From an uncultured Leptospiraceae bacterium (GTDB taxonomy: Bacteria > Spirochaetota > UBA4802 > UB4802), in the NCBI GenBank assembly GCA_964629365.1, contig CAZVRB010000004.1, positions 18,827 through 82,826 of the forward strand: a stretch of 64,000 nucleotides of DNA, written 5' to 3'. Positions within the stretch are counted from its first letter, which is position 1. The number at the start of each line of letters is the position of its first letter. The position numbers were made by a program, and so were the translations under genes. The notes under the pieces are model-generated. The model was not told the origin of the DNA. It saw only the letters and a list, made by a program, of their open reading frames with translations, and ran no database searches. Below, in pieces: positions 39,823 through 50,762 of this stretch.

Positions 39823-40335
39823 TTATTCCGTTGAGGTATCTTCCACGTTTGCAGTCTGGGTAGTAGTATCTTCACCCGTCGACGTGGCAGCTTCACCTGG
39901 AACCTCAATGGGACCTGCGTCAGGTACTGGTGACGCTTTCTTCTTTACGCTTTCCTTTATGAAACGGCGTTCCTTCAATTTTGCCGACTTTCCTCTTCTT
40001 TCCCTGAGGAAATACAGCTTGGCACGACGTTTCTTGCCTTTTCGCACCACTTCAATTTTATCAATCCTTGGTGAAAACAGTGGGAATATCCTCTCAACAC
40101 CTATATCATAGGAAATCCTTCTCACCGTAAAGGTGGTACTGATACCTTTATTATCTATAGCAATAACGATACCTTCATAAACCTGTATTCGTTCCCTGTT
40201 CCCCTCAACTATCTTGTAATGTACCTTTATGGTATCACCAACTTCGAAATTTTTCTCTCTCTGTACAGGGGACATCTCATTTTTAAGCGAATCGATTACA
40301 TTCATTTCTTTTCTCCTCTTCCTGTTCTCTTGCAA
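39823..40335 (-). CDS. rplS: 50S ribosomal protein L19 with Lys/Glu-rich C-terminal extension
   Basis: [29 protein letters not shown]...[15 protein letters not shown]. Confidence 0.85.
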   Translation of the reverse strand: MQENRKRRKEMNVIDSLKNEMSPVQREKNFEVGDTIKVHYKIVEGNRERIQVYEGIVIAIDNKGISTTFTVRRISYDIGVERIFPLFSPRIDKIEVVRKGKKRRAKLYFLRERRGKSAKLKERRFIKESVKKKASPVPDAGPIEVPGEAATSTGEDTTTQTANVEDTSTE

Positions 40336-41006
40336 TACGTACTGTATATATCAGGTCTAACCTGTCCTGTCTTCTCAATACTTTTCTCAAGCCGCCATTG
40401 CCTGATCTTTTCATGATTACCACTCAGCAGCACATCCGGCACTTCCATGCCATCGAATTCCCTTGGCCGTGTATACTGCGGATACTCTAACAGGTGATCC
40501 TCAAAACTCTCTTCAACAATAGATTGAGGATTGGACATAAAGCCGGGCACCTGCCTCCCGATTGCATCTATAATAACCAGTGCGGCGTATTCTCCACCGG
40601 AAACAACATAGTCGCCGATTGACAGCTCAATATCCACATACCGGTCAATAACGCGCTGATCAACACCCTCGTAATGGCCACAGATAATACAAATATCTTC
40701 AATTGCAGCCAGTTCTTTTACAATGTCCTGCGTAAGCAGTTTCCCACCTGGTGATGGATATATAACAGTGGCACCCTTTGCGTGATCTTCAATAGCCCTG
40801 CTCAGGGGACCCGGCATAAGCACCATTCCAGAACCGCCCCCATAAGGATAATCATCGCAATGACCATAGGCATCCTCGGCATAATCCCGCAACTGTATGA
40901 GATCAATGGAGAAAAGCCCTTTTTCAAGAGCTTTACCCATAAGCCCGGTCCGTATGGGACTTTCGAAGAACTCCGGGAACAGTGTTATGACTCGATATTT
41001 TCTCAA
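40302..41006 (-). CDS. trmD: tRNA (guanine37-N1)-methyltransferase
   Basis: VITLFPEFF...[10 protein letters not shown]...[11 protein letters not shown]. Confidence 0.9.
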   Translation of the reverse strand: MRKYRVITLFPEFFESPIRTGLMGKALEKGLFSIDLIQLRDYAEDAYGHCDDYPYGGGSGMVLMPGPLSRAIEDHAKGATVIYPSPGGKLLTQDIVKELAAIEDICIICGHYEGVDQRVIDRYVDIELSIGDYVVSGGEYAALVIIDAIGRQVPGFMSNPQSIVEESFEDHLLEYPQYTRPREFDGMEVPDVLLSGNHEKIRQWRLEKSIEKTGQVRPDIYSTYCKRTGRGEKK

Positions 41007-41543
41007 TTACTCCTGTATTTCAAGCAGCCCTTCAACGGGCGAAATATCTATACGCGATTGCTTAATATTGGCAGTGTCAACCATATTTTCTACAAAGGGG
41101 ATCATGTATTCCCTGCCATCTTCAGTCATGATAACAAGTACATCATTTGAGGCTGCCTCAACAATCTCATGAACCACTCCAAAAACTTTCCCCTTATGAT
41201 ATACCCTGCAGCCAATAATATCATAATAAAAAAATGTATCATTATCCAGATTTTTTCTGGAGTTTTCAGCATCCTGAACATCTATAAAGATTTCGCATCC
41301 AGTCAGCGACTGGGCCATCTCTTTTCCCGGCATTTCCCTGAAACGAAGTATACCAATCCTGTGCTTTGTGGAAATAAATTCATCTACATGGAATTTTTTA
41401 TGGTTTCCACGGATATTCACGTATACGGGTATCGTACCATTGAAACGATCCAGGTCATCAGTAATAATATATACTTTCAGTCGACCTTCAAGTCCGTGTG
41501 TACCCGTGATCTTCCCTATTCGTAAATATTCAACAGTGCTCAA
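41007..41543 (-). CDS. rimM: 16S rRNA processing protein RimM
   Basis: IGKITGTHGLEGRLKV plus a PRC barrel. Confidence 0.85.
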   Translation of the reverse strand: MSTVEYLRIGKITGTHGLEGRLKVYIITDDLDRFNGTIPVYVNIRGNHKKFHVDEFISTKHRIGILRFREMPGKEMAQSLTGCEIFIDVQDAENSRKNLDNDTFFYYDIIGCRVYHKGKVFGVVHEIVEAASNDVLVIMTEDGREYMIPFVENMVDTANIKQSRIDISPVEGLLEIQE

Positions 41544-41776
41544 TCAAGAATTTCCAGTACTACCCTTTTTCCTGATTTAGTTGCAGAGGCATTAATTATG
41601 GTTCTTATAGCACGGGCTATTCTCCCATGCTTACCAATTACCTTACCAATATCGTCCTTGGTTACCTTAAGTTCGAGTATTGTTGACTTTTCACCTTCAA
41701 TCTCACGTATTTCAACTTCATCAGGATAATCCACAAGCGACTTCACCATATATTCCACGAGATCTTTATAATTCAT
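41540..41776 (-). CDS. KH-domain RNA-binding protein (UPF0109/YlqC-like)
   Basis: IGKVIGKHGRIARAIRTI. Confidence 0.8.
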   Translation of the reverse strand: MNYKDLVEYMVKSLVDYPDEVEIREIEGEKSTILELKVTKDDIGKVIGKHGRIARAIRTIINASATKSGKRVVLEILD

Positions 41777-41797
41777 CTCTACCTCCGGGGCTGTGTA

Positions 41798-42058
41798 TTA
41801 TGCCTTCTTGAAATTTTTCCAGATACCCGATTTTTTAAGTAACTGAAGTATCGTGTCCGATGGTTGCGCGCCTTTATTCAGCCAGTCAAGAACCTTCTCT
41901 TCATTGACATTAAACTGATTGTCCGCAGCGATCGGCTGATACTGCCCCAGTGTGTCAATAACTACTCCGTCCCGTCTTTCACGTCCATCAACAGCTACCA
42001 CTCTATAAAAGGGCTTCTTTTTTGTCCCTACTCGCTGTAATCGAATCTTAACCGCCAC
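41798..42058 (-). CDS. rpsP: 30S ribosomal protein S16
   Basis: MAVKIRLQRVGTKKKPFYRVVAVD. Confidence 0.9.
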   Translation of the reverse strand: MAVKIRLQRVGTKKKPFYRVVAVDGRERRDGVVIDTLGQYQPIAADNQFNVNEEKVLDWLNKGAQPSDTILQLLKKSGIWKNFKKA

Positions 42059-42130
42059 TGATACTACCTCCTGTCATAATTAGAGGATGATTATTAAATA
42101 CCTGCTTTTTTTGTCAATATTAATAACTAC

Positions 42131-42153
42131 AGCCTTTCGAAATTTGAAAGGCT
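42131..42153 (-). terminator. hairpin downstream of rpe / upstream of rpsP operon
   Basis: AGCCTTTC-loop-GAAAGGCT, with a T-rich tract on the minus strand after it. Confidence 0.35.
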
Positions 42154-42183
42154 CCCGGTTATTAGAATAGCACATGATTTACA

Positions 42184-42855
42184 TTATAACACAGGAAAAC
42201 CATGCAGGGCCGCGTCCTTTATGGCCTGTACATTATTGTTTACCGTGCCCCCCCTGAAGGCGGCGCTGCCGGCAACAATAATCCTGGCACCTGCTTTTAC
42301 TATTTCTGATATATTATCAACAGTTATTCCACCATCAACCTGTATTGCTGTATGTTCATTAAGACCGTTTTGTGTAATATATTCTTTTAATCGCAAAATT
42401 TTCTTCAATGACATCGGCATGAATTTCTGACCATAGAACCCGGGGTCAACCGACATGATCAATACCATGTCAGCATATTCGAGTAGATCAAACAATACAT
42501 CAACCGGTGTGGACGGGTTGAGGCTGATCCCCGCCAGGATACCCGCAGAACGGATTTTCTGCAATAGACGTACCGGAAAACGGGTGCTCTCGTAATGTAT
42601 AGTTATACATTCAGGATTAATGTCAATATATGAATCTATTGAATCTTCCGGCCGTTCAATCATAAGGTGCACATCAAGGGGAACAGGTGAATGATCACGA
42701 ACATTCTTAATATAAGCCGGACCGAAAGTAAGATTGGGGACAAAATGACCGTCCATAACATCCATGTGCAACCAGTCTACTATGTCCGGATCCACCTGTC
42801 CGATTTCACTGCCCAGTGTACACAGGTCAGTAGCGATAACAGATGGTGACACCAT
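42184..42855 (-). CDS. rpe: ribulose-phosphate 3-epimerase
   Basis: VSPSVIATD...HMDVMDGHFVPN...HLMI...VDGGI. Start taken at the internal MVSPS. Confidence 0.85.
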   Translation of the reverse strand: MVSPSVIATDLCTLGSEIGQVDPDIVDWLHMDVMDGHFVPNLTFGPAYIKNVRDHSPVPLDVHLMIERPEDSIDSYIDINPECITIHYESTRFPVRLLQKIRSAGILAGISLNPSTPVDVLFDLLEYADMVLIMSVDPGFYGQKFMPMSLKKILRLKEYITQNGLNEHTAIQVDGGITVDNISEIVKAGARIIVAGSAAFRGGTVNNNVQAIKDAALHGFPVL

Positions 42856-42862
42856 TATACTG

Positions 42863-43897
42863 TTATTCAAATTCTTCCACATTAACCGTGAACACCTTTA
42901 CCTGTTTCTTGTCCCTGAGAAGGGTTACCCGTGAATTACCGGTTCGATGAAATACAAATGATATAACGCTACCGGGTTTCATGGTTCGTGAAAAACGCAG
43001 CCGCTTTGACTGGTTGTCCTCAACGTATGCCTCAAACAGCCCCTCTTCTTCGTCTGAAGGAATTGTATAATCAATTTTCTCAAATGCCCGGTACGGATGA
43101 TTTTTAAGAGGGTAATATAGCACCTTCACCACTACTGTCTGCCCCTTGCTTATTGCTGTACCGGGACGGGGCGACTGGGATACGATAATACCGCTTTTAT
43201 CCTGCAAACCGGTTTTGACTATCTCCTCAGAGATTTCCACGTTGTGGGCCATCAACAGGTCGTAGGCAAGATTTATGGACTGTCCCTGGCAATCAGGCAT
43301 CTTTGCGTCCACCCCTGTTTTTCCCGTTGAAACCAGCAGGTTAATTTTTCTTTCAGGAGTGATCCTCTCACCCGGTTTAGGATCCTGCGCAATAATGATA
43401 TTTCCCGCAGTTTTATCTGAAGGCAGGTAGGAGATAACCCCCGGGTTGATAGTTATCGTCTTGTCATGTATATGCATATTTTTAAGTTTATTCAGGGCAA
43501 AAGGAAGTTCAATTCCAACCAGGTTAGGGGCTTCCATCTTCAGGCTGCTTCTACTGACAAGCAGGCGAACTGTGCTTCCGTCAGATACAATATTACCACT
43601 TTCAGGGTATTGCTCCAGCACAAGACCATTGTCAATATCATATACATCATAAAATCGTATCTCCGGCCTGAGACCCTTTCGGCTTATGCTGTTATACACG
43701 TCAATAAACTGTCTGCCCACCACGTTGGGCACACGTACCTGCTTCTCAGGCCTGGTCAGCACAACTACTACTATGGCAGAGACGAGCATATATAATGAAA
43801 ATCCCACGAAAAGCGCCAGAAGCACTTTGAAAGGAACACCCTCTACCCAGCTTTTTTGGGTATCATCTGTACTATTATCAGTTTTCTTTTTGGTCAT
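42863..43897 (-). CDS. PASTA-domain membrane protein (three PASTA repeats)
   Basis: Single TM, then repeated VPNVVGRQ / APNLVGIELPFA / MPDCQGQS PASTA-type modules. The start is uncertain (MTKKK). Confidence 0.6.
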   Translation of the reverse strand: MTKKKTDNSTDDTQKSWVEGVPFKVLLALFVGFSLYMLVSAIVVVVLTRPEKQVRVPNVVGRQFIDVYNSISRKGLRPEIRFYDVYDIDNGLVLEQYPESGNIVSDGSTVRLLVSRSSLKMEAPNLVGIELPFALNKLKNMHIHDKTITINPGVISYLPSDKTAGNIIIAQDPKPGERITPERKINLLVSTGKTGVDAKMPDCQGQSINLAYDLLMAHNVEISEEIVKTGLQDKSGIIVSQSPRPGTAISKGQTVVVKVLYYPLKNHPYRAFEKIDYTIPSDEEEGLFEAYVEDNQSKRLRFSRTMKPGSVISFVFHRTGNSRVTLLRDKKQVKVFTVNVEEFE

Positions 43898-44046
43898 TTG
43901 CATTCTCACCTGAATATAACACTGTATGCCGGTTACTGAACATCCCACCCCGATCAACGTCAAGTACTAATTATAGTTATATATAGTTTTCCCTTATGGT
44001 ATACAATATATAAAATGTCAATTTTAATGTCCTCCCACAATAAAAA

Positions 44047-44075
44047 ATTGACAGTGGGGATTTTCTTTCTTAGAA
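44047..44075 (+). promoter_or_regulatory. sigma-70-like promoter (TTGACA-N17-TAGAAT)
   Basis: Read directly upstream of the kinase gene. Confidence 0.35.
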
Positions 44076-44126
44076 TATTTTTTTGATGATTAAAAAGAAT
44101 TTAAAAATAAAAAGAAGTTACTGGTA

Positions 44127-46004
44127 ATGGGAAAAAACATACCCGGCCTCACCCCTGCAGAACTTGCCGAACTCATTGAAAATATACCAGACCTGATACT
44201 ATCCATTGAATACCCATCAGGAGACATTAACTACATTAATACCGCTGCCCTGACCGCCCTCGGTGTTCCTTCCGGCAGCATTACCAATATCAAGCAACTT
44301 GCAAAAAACATTCCCCTGGACTATAGGAAAAAAATCCTCTCAAAGTGGAGAGATGTTACCGACGGCATTCTCTATCCCTCCATCACATTTAAAATGGAAA
44401 CTGCAGATGGAATAACACGCTGGATCGAAGATAAAAATATATACATAAAAGACAGGGATGGCAAAACTATTCGCATTCATGCCATTTTGCGTGATATTTC
44501 CGAAAGAAAACGGCTCGAAGAAGAGATGATGCAGTCATTTTATTTTTCTGAGAACCTCTTTTTGTATGCCCCTTATGCCATTATACATTTTACTATCGAT
44601 GGTTCTATCAAGCGCTTCAACAAATCCTTCAGGGGCATACTGGATTTCTCTGATGATACTTTTAATGAATACAATCTCTGGGAAGATCCCCAGTTAAAAT
44701 CAGAGGGTATTGAAATTCTTCTCCGGGAGGTTCTCAAGGGCAGGATAATGGAGATACCACCGTATCCTTATACCGCCACAAGAGACAACGAGACAGTTAC
44801 CTATACGCTATCCGGCAAGGCCTTTCCATACCTGGGTGATTCCGTGTCCCCCTCAGGTCTTGTGCTCATGCTTGAAGACGTAACAGATAAACGAAAGAAA
44901 GAACATGAATACATGGAAGCAAAAAAACTTGAAAGTATCGGAAGACTGGCCCGCGGGGTTGCCCACGAATTCAACAACATCCTGGCCGGCATCTCGGGTT
45001 TTTCAGAGATATTACTTCGAAAGATAAGCCAGGATGATTCAAACTATCGATTTGTCGAAAAAATTCACGATGCGTCGATGAAAGCCGCCACCCTCACCAA
45101 CCAGCTTCTTGGATTTGCCCGGGGACAGATTTACAATCCATCATATATCGACATTCACAGTCCAATAATGTTTGCCCTTGGCGCCACTCCGGGAATACAC
45201 AGGAATATCACCATTGAAAAAAACATAGAATCGGCACGTTACCGGGTATTTGCCGATGTAAACCAGATCAGGCAGGTGTTTATTGAGCTTTTCCGTAATG
45301 CTTCAGAAGCTATTTTTGACAGTGGTACCATCAAGATTGACGTATGTCATGTATATTCATCAGAAATCCAGGATCAGCTTGTTGACTCAAGCGAAAATAG
45401 ATTTATACAGGTAAGTATCACCGATACAGGCGAGGGTATGGACCATGAAACTATCTCACATGCCTTCGAGCCTTATTTCACCACCAGGGAGTCCAGCAAA
45501 CATGCCGGTATGGGACTTGCAATTGCCTATGGTCATTTAAAACGTCATGGCGGTAACCTTTCAATTCACAGTTCTCCCGGCACGGGAACTACCGCCCTTG
45601 TTGTACTGCCCGAGGCAACTCCCCCGGGTGGATACTCTGAGAGCACAATACCTTACAATCGGGTACTGATCATTGATGACAGTGAAGAAACAACCTCCAT
45701 GCTGAAAACATACCTGGAAGACTGCGGGTGTTATGTGCAGAACACATCAAGTGGCAAGGCAGGTATCGAGTTGATCAAGAATAGCTACCTTACTTTTGAT
45801 CTGATATTTCTCGACCTGGTTATACCGGATGTGAGTGGCAAAGAAGTTCTTCATACCATCAGGCGCCACAAGATGGATATACCGGTCATACTTATTTCCG
45901 GAACCGATGCACATTCAATACTGGAAGATTTTACTTCTGACAAGAATCTTCATGTACTTTTAAAGCCATTCAGCCTTGAAGACCTCGAGGCGATGCTTGG
46001 ATGA
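44127..46004 (+). CDS. PAS-domain hybrid sensor histidine kinase with C-terminal receiver
   Basis: HisKA HEFNNILAGISGF, HATPase GEGMD...GMGLAIA, REC VLIIDDSEE...DLVIPDVSG. Confidence 0.8.
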   Translation: MGKNIPGLTPAELAELIENIPDLILSIEYPSGDINYINTAALTALGVPSGSITNIKQLAKNIPLDYRKKILSKWRDVTDGILYPSITFKMETADGITRWIEDKNIYIKDRDGKTIRIHAILRDISERKRLEEEMMQSFYFSENLFLYAPYAIIHFTIDGSIKRFNKSFRGILDFSDDTFNEYNLWEDPQLKSEGIEILLREVLKGRIMEIPPYPYTATRDNETVTYTLSGKAFPYLGDSVSPSGLVLMLEDVTDKRKKEHEYMEAKKLESIGRLARGVAHEFNNILAGISGFSEILLRKISQDDSNYRFVEKIHDASMKAATLTNQLLGFARGQIYNPSYIDIHSPIMFALGATPGIHRNITIEKNIESARYRVFADVNQIRQVFIELFRNASEAIFDSGTIKIDVCHVYSSEIQDQLVDSSENRFIQVSITDTGEGMDHETISHAFEPYFTTRESSKHAGMGLAIAYGHLKRHGGNLSIHSSPGTGTTALVVLPEATPPGGYSESTIPYNRVLIIDDSEETTSMLKTYLEDCGCYVQNTSSGKAGIELIKNSYLTFDLIFLDLVIPDVSGKEVLHTIRRHKMDIPVILISGTDAHSILEDFTSDKNLHVLLKPFSLEDLEAMLG

Positions 46005-46005
46005 T

Positions 46006-47355
46006 CTAGATCTGGTATTTATTCAGCTTATCATATAATACGCTGCGGCTGATTCCCAGCAATCGGGACGCTTCTGCCCTGTTATTTCCGGCGATCTTGA
46101 GAACCTTGAGGATGTGCTTTTTCTCAAACCCTGACATGGCAATGGAAAGCTGCAACGGGGAAGAGTTGTCGGTTGTCTCCTCCCTCCTCTCAGGCAAAAC
46201 ATGCATTATCGTATCTACACCAATTACTGGTTTTGATTCAAGTATAAGAGCATGTTCGGTCATATGCGCAAGTTCACGCACGTTTCCCTTCCATTCCCGT
46301 TGCTGAAGGATCTCAAGGGCTTCTTTGTCCATGCAGCTTACAGTCTTGTTGAGATCCCGTGAGAAGATTTCGATAAAATGTTCTACCAGGAGGGGTATAT
46401 CCTCAACTTTTTCACGAAGGGGGGAAACATTCATTTCTATCCCGGACAGGCGATAATAAAGGTCTTCACGAAAACTTCCATTTTCGATCTGTCCCCGAAT
46501 ATCCGCATTAGTGGCACTTATAACCCGCACGTCAACTTTCAGGGGTTTGCTGGACCCAACAGGTTTAATCTCACGTTCCTGAAGAAATCTAAGCAGCTTA
46601 CTTTGAACCTGCAACGAGAGGTTACCTATCTCATCAAGGAAAATGGTGCCCATGTGGGCCTCTTCAAACATCCCCTTGCGTGTCCTGTCAGCACCGGTAA
46701 AGGCACCCTTGAGATGACCAAAAAGCTCTGATTCAATAATTGATTCGGTCAGGGTGCTGCAGTCGATAGGGATAAAAGCCCTGTCAGAGCGGTCACTTTC
46801 ATTATGAATAGCCCTTGCGATAAGTTCTTTACCTGTTCCGCTTTCACCCAGCACCATTATTGATGCATTAGTCGGGGCCACCTGTAAAATCTGGCGCTTC
46901 AACTGTTCCATGGGAGGGCTGTCACCTATAAGAAGATTAACTCCCCTGTTGCTCTTTTTTGACGACTTCAGGTAGGCAAGCTCACGTTTCAGACGTACAG
47001 TCTCAAGGTTTTTCTCAACCTTGATAATAAACTCATCCGCGTTCAAAGGCTTGGTGATAAAATCACTGGCTCCATGCCTTATAGCCTGCACGGCCTCAGG
47101 CACACCCCCAACCCCGGTAATCATTATTATGGGGATCTCCAGGTCTGTAGAACGGACTTTTTGTATCAATTCCAGGCCATCCATAACTGGCATTGCCATA
47201 TCTGAAATAATCAGATCAAAGGGTTCTTTCTGCAATTCTGCCAGTCCTTCAGCCCCATTTGATCCTTTTTTCACGGTATGGCCGGAAACAGTTAATACGT
47301 CCTCAATATATTCAAGAATTGCTGGACTATCATCGACAATAAGAATATGGCTCAT
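46006..47355 (-). CDS. sigma-54-dependent Fis-family response regulator (NtrC-like)
   Basis: [16 protein letters not shown]+ [14 protein letters not shown] motif, C-terminal Fis HTH. Confidence 0.9.
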   Translation of the reverse strand: MSHILIVDDSPAILEYIEDVLTVSGHTVKKGSNGAEGLAELQKEPFDLIISDMAMPVMDGLELIQKVRSTDLEIPIIMITGVGGVPEAVQAIRHGASDFITKPLNADEFIIKVEKNLETVRLKRELAYLKSSKKSNRGVNLLIGDSPPMEQLKRQILQVAPTNASIMVLGESGTGKELIARAIHNESDRSDRAFIPIDCSTLTESIIESELFGHLKGAFTGADRTRKGMFEEAHMGTIFLDEIGNLSLQVQSKLLRFLQEREIKPVGSSKPLKVDVRVISATNADIRGQIENGSFREDLYYRLSGIEMNVSPLREKVEDIPLLVEHFIEIFSRDLNKTVSCMDKEALEILQQREWKGNVRELAHMTEHALILESKPVIGVDTIMHVLPERREETTDNSSPLQLSIAMSGFEKKHILKVLKIAGNNRAEASRLLGISRSVLYDKLNKYQI

Positions 47356-47496
47356 AGTATCTTTATCTTGATGGCAAAAGCCATTACACCCTGATTATTC
47401 AAGTATTAATTGACGGATAAGACAATCTATACAATCATGTAGGCGAATGCAACAATATTATTATGGATAATAAAAGCCGCAATCGGTACAACTGAT

Positions 47497-48618
47497 ATGA
47501 TGAAAATACTATTAATGGCAGATTTACACCTGGGAGCTGTTTCCCCGGATACAGGAATTGATGACTCTGTGCGGCTGGATACCTTCAAAAAGATCGTATC
47601 CCTTGCGCATGAACATGATATTCTCATCATAGCCGGTGACCTTTTTGAAGGCCCTTTTGCAGACACCTATACCTTCATGCAAATGAATTCAGAACTGCAG
47701 TCACTTATTGATGCCGGTATTGATGTGATATTTACCGCGGGTGAAAGTGAGTTCCGTGATATTCCTAATCTCAGCAACCTGCTTTATATTCCGGCAAGCC
47801 ACACATTTCTTAACGATCACCCGGTATCCCCGGTTCATATAGAAAAGAACGGCACAAACCTGTACATATACAGCAAGCCGGCACTTGATACACAGGATGT
47901 TGCCACCATTCAAAAATGTGACAGCGAAGGATTCCACCTGGGAGTTTTCCATATTGACTTTGACCCGGGAAATCCCACCGGTGAAAGTCTCGTATACAAG
48001 CTTCCACGAGAAGCGGTAAAATCCCTGGATCTTGACTTTTACGCCCTGGGGCATAATCACAATTTCAAGCTATATAAGTTTCAGAACAGGATCATTGGTG
48101 CCTACCCGGGAAGTCCCGAAGCCACATCACCCGATGAGACCGGTGATCGATATGTATTGTCCATACATGTGGCTGGATCGGACATTATGCAGATTAAAAG
48201 GCTGGCTGTAAATACATTGAGCCTTGAAGAATTGCATATAGACTGCGAAACAATCAACTCCCAGGTTGAACTGGTGAATACTATTAACGCATCGGCTTCT
48301 CCCCGAACTGTACTCAGGGTTACCCTTTCAGGGAACAGGTCCTTTCCAATCGAAGGTATTTTTAATGCTCTTCAGGACAGGTGTGCAGATTTCAGACTTA
48401 TGGATAATTCAATACCCGACCTGCATCTTTTGATAATGCAGCATGCGTCTGAGCATTCACTCAGGGGAACACTTATGACAAGGTTACAGGAACTGGTAAA
48501 AGAAGACATGATTCCCGGAGATATCGACAAGACTATCCTTGCTGAAATACTGCACAGGATTAATACATCAAAACAATTCACACCGGAGGAATTGCTGTGC
48601 GAATCAAGAAATGCATAG
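47497..48618 (+). CDS. SbcD/Mre11-like calcineurin-type metallophosphoesterase
   Basis: MKILLMADLHLG, IIAGDLFEG and ALGHNH phosphoesterase motifs. Confidence 0.75.
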   Translation: MMKILLMADLHLGAVSPDTGIDDSVRLDTFKKIVSLAHEHDILIIAGDLFEGPFADTYTFMQMNSELQSLIDAGIDVIFTAGESEFRDIPNLSNLLYIPASHTFLNDHPVSPVHIEKNGTNLYIYSKPALDTQDVATIQKCDSEGFHLGVFHIDFDPGNPTGESLVYKLPREAVKSLDLDFYALGHNHNFKLYKFQNRIIGAYPGSPEATSPDETGDRYVLSIHVAGSDIMQIKRLAVNTLSLEELHIDCETINSQVELVNTINASASPRTVLRVTLSGNRSFPIEGIFNALQDRCADFRLMDNSIPDLHLLIMQHASEHSLRGTLMTRLQELVKEDMIPGDIDKTILAEILHRINTSKQFTPEELLCESRNA

Positions 48619-50756
48619 CAACATGTCCCGGTGTATTCCAGGACAAAACCATTGTACTTAATGACGGCATTACCGTTGTGCATGGAAAAAACAATGCCGG
48701 GAAAACGCTTCTTTCCCGGGCCATGATTGATGCCATCTTTCCATTCACGTCTTCTCCACTGCTTGAAGGGGAATCATGGAAAAACATCTCCATTGAAATC
48801 GATACCAGGTTTGATAACGCCACCTACAGGTTCATGCGAAAGGACATGAATCATTGCTCCATAAACACGGTGAACGACAGGGGAAGCATTTTACATTCTC
48901 ATAAAATTAACAATACCGGTAACTCAATTTCTGACATCGTACATGAATTGCAGTCAAAAAACGGTTTCGTCCGGCTGTCTGACTTTTACCGCAACATTGG
49001 CTTCCATGGCTTCATTGCAGCCGGTTACCTGCCATCTGCCGTTGATCTTGACAACCTTCCCCCTGTTTCACGGGACTCCATAGACTTCCTGTTGCTACAG
49101 GACCGCAGCAATTATTACGCAGCATATAGTGCAATCCAGGAATCTTACAGCAACAGGGACATTTCATCGAAAGTACACAATGAGCTAATGAACCAGACTT
49201 TCAAATTCGAACGTCTTCACAAGGACACGGTAAAAAAACTTGAACTAATGAAAATCAATGCATCCAAGAGAGAAAAACAACAAGGTGAACTTGCCCGGTA
49301 CAACGAGGAGATTAAATCCATATCCAGCAAGATTGATGCCTTCAGTATTCGCAAAAATCACATATCCAGGATACTGGAGGCCTGTTCCAGGAAAAACACC
49401 CTTGTTCAAGATATACAGAATATACAGAAAAAAATTAAGACCGGGATAGAACAGGAGAAGGAGATCGCCGCCAGGGAAAAAGAACTGGAGAAGTCATACC
49501 CTCAATTTAGAAATTTCGACCAGGCAAAGAAGAACAACATTAAGCATATGCAGGACAGGTACAGGGAGATACGGACTATTAATGAAAAAATTGAAAATGA
49601 ACTTTTTAAACGTGAATCGAGGGTCAGGCGTGTAGGCAGTATACTTGCAGGAATAAACCTGCTGGTATTGGCAGCTGTAGTATGGTTATTCCTGCAAACT
49701 TCACTCATACTAAGCCGTGACGAAAAAGTGATTATTATCGGCAGCATGATCATTATGCAGCTTCTCAGCTATATTTCACATATAATATACAGGTATCGTC
49801 TTTTCCACTCATCGGTAATATATAACCTGGAACAACAAAAACAGGATCTTGAGCAGAAGCTGGAGAATATATTACGGGCAAATGACATCGACATGCAGAA
49901 TATTGACCTTGAAGAGATTTATGAATTTCTTTTACAGTATTTTGAAGAATACGGAGAATTTAACGAGAAACAACTGGATCTTTACATGCTGAAGAAGGCG
50001 CATAATGAACAATATATCAATTCCAGCCTGGAAGAAAAAAAAGAAGCGCTGGAAGCAGACCTGCAAAGCTTATCGGGAACCATACAGGAAATGGCCAACA
50101 TGGCAGGAATTGATGCGGAGATACTGAACGATGAAGAGTCACTGCTTACCATGATGGATGAAACCATTGAAAAAATAGACACACTGACAAGCGAGCTCAC
50201 CGCAAAACAGAAAATTGCCGACAGCATATCATTTAATCTCCAGGAAAGTCCGGACGCAACGAATGAACAGAAACAACTTGAACAGCAGCTTGACGAATAC
50301 AATGAAATGTTAGATACTCTTACCAGAAGGCAGAAGCACGTGAAATACCTGCTTGATCTTTTCGACGAATCGATACAGAATAGAATGCAAATACAAATGG
50401 AACAGCTTGTGCATACAACAGCATCGATATTCAGGGAATTAACCGGGTCCAGTTATTCTCAACCAATTGACATGAATACCATTGTCAATGTAATGGAAAA
50501 AAATCATACTGACAGTACCCGCAATGTTTCGTTTTCTCACCTCCTTCAATTGGCAATAAAATGTGCCCTCCATGATTTTTTGGTTGATTCTGGTGTCTCA
50601 ATTCCTTTAATTCTTGATGATCCCCTTGTTTTTATAGATGAGGATAAAATTGATGCATTCGGGAAGATTATTGAAAAAACAGCACAATCGCGTCAGGTTA
50701 TAGTATTCACTCACAGCAATGCGCTGAACAGCTGGTATACCCCGGTAGAATTGTAA
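48597..50756 (+). CDS. SMC/Rad50/SbcC-like ABC ATPase with central transmembrane hairpin
   Basis: Walker A GKNNAGKT at the N-terminus, long coiled-coil-like Glu/Lys/Gln-rich arms, and C-terminal signature/Walker B/D-loop (IPLILDDPLVFIDEDK). Two hydrophobic helices sit mid-protein at the coiled-coil apex. Overlaps the SbcD-like gene by 22 nt. Confidence 0.65.
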   Translation: MRIKKCIATCPGVFQDKTIVLNDGITVVHGKNNAGKTLLSRAMIDAIFPFTSSPLLEGESWKNISIEIDTRFDNATYRFMRKDMNHCSINTVNDRGSILHSHKINNTGNSISDIVHELQSKNGFVRLSDFYRNIGFHGFIAAGYLPSAVDLDNLPPVSRDSIDFLLLQDRSNYYAAYSAIQESYSNRDISSKVHNELMNQTFKFERLHKDTVKKLELMKINASKREKQQGELARYNEEIKSISSKIDAFSIRKNHISRILEACSRKNTLVQDIQNIQKKIKTGIEQEKEIAAREKELEKSYPQFRNFDQAKKNNIKHMQDRYREIRTINEKIENELFKRESRVRRVGSILAGINLLVLAAVVWLFLQTSLILSRDEKVIIIGSMIIMQLLSYISHIIYRYRLFHSSVIYNLEQQKQDLEQKLENILRANDIDMQNIDLEEIYEFLLQYFEEYGEFNEKQLDLYMLKKAHNEQYINSSLEEKKEALEADLQSLSGTIQEMANMAGIDAEILNDEESLLTMMDETIEKIDTLTSELTAKQKIADSISFNLQESPDATNEQKQLEQQLDEYNEMLDTLTRRQKHVKYLLDLFDESIQNRMQIQMEQLVHTTASIFRELTGSSYSQPIDMNTIVNVMEKNHTDSTRNVSFSHLLQLAIKCALHDFLVDSGVSIPLILDDPLVFIDEDKIDAFGKIIEKTAQSRQVIVFTHSNALNSWYTPVEL

Positions 50757-50762
50757 TAACAT

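Noticed and set aside
39174-39863. 229 aa + strand ORF opposite rnhB
   Set aside because: It fully overlaps the well-supported rnhB, and its Ser/Pro/Arg-rich composition is typical of an antisense artefact.
47356-47496. Sigma-54-like -24/-12 element (TGGCAAAAGCCATTACA) upstream of the SbcD-like gene, next to the sigma-54 activator
   Set aside because: The GG-to-GC spacing is off by one and the -12 is TTAC rather than TTGC. Reported only as a weak possibility.
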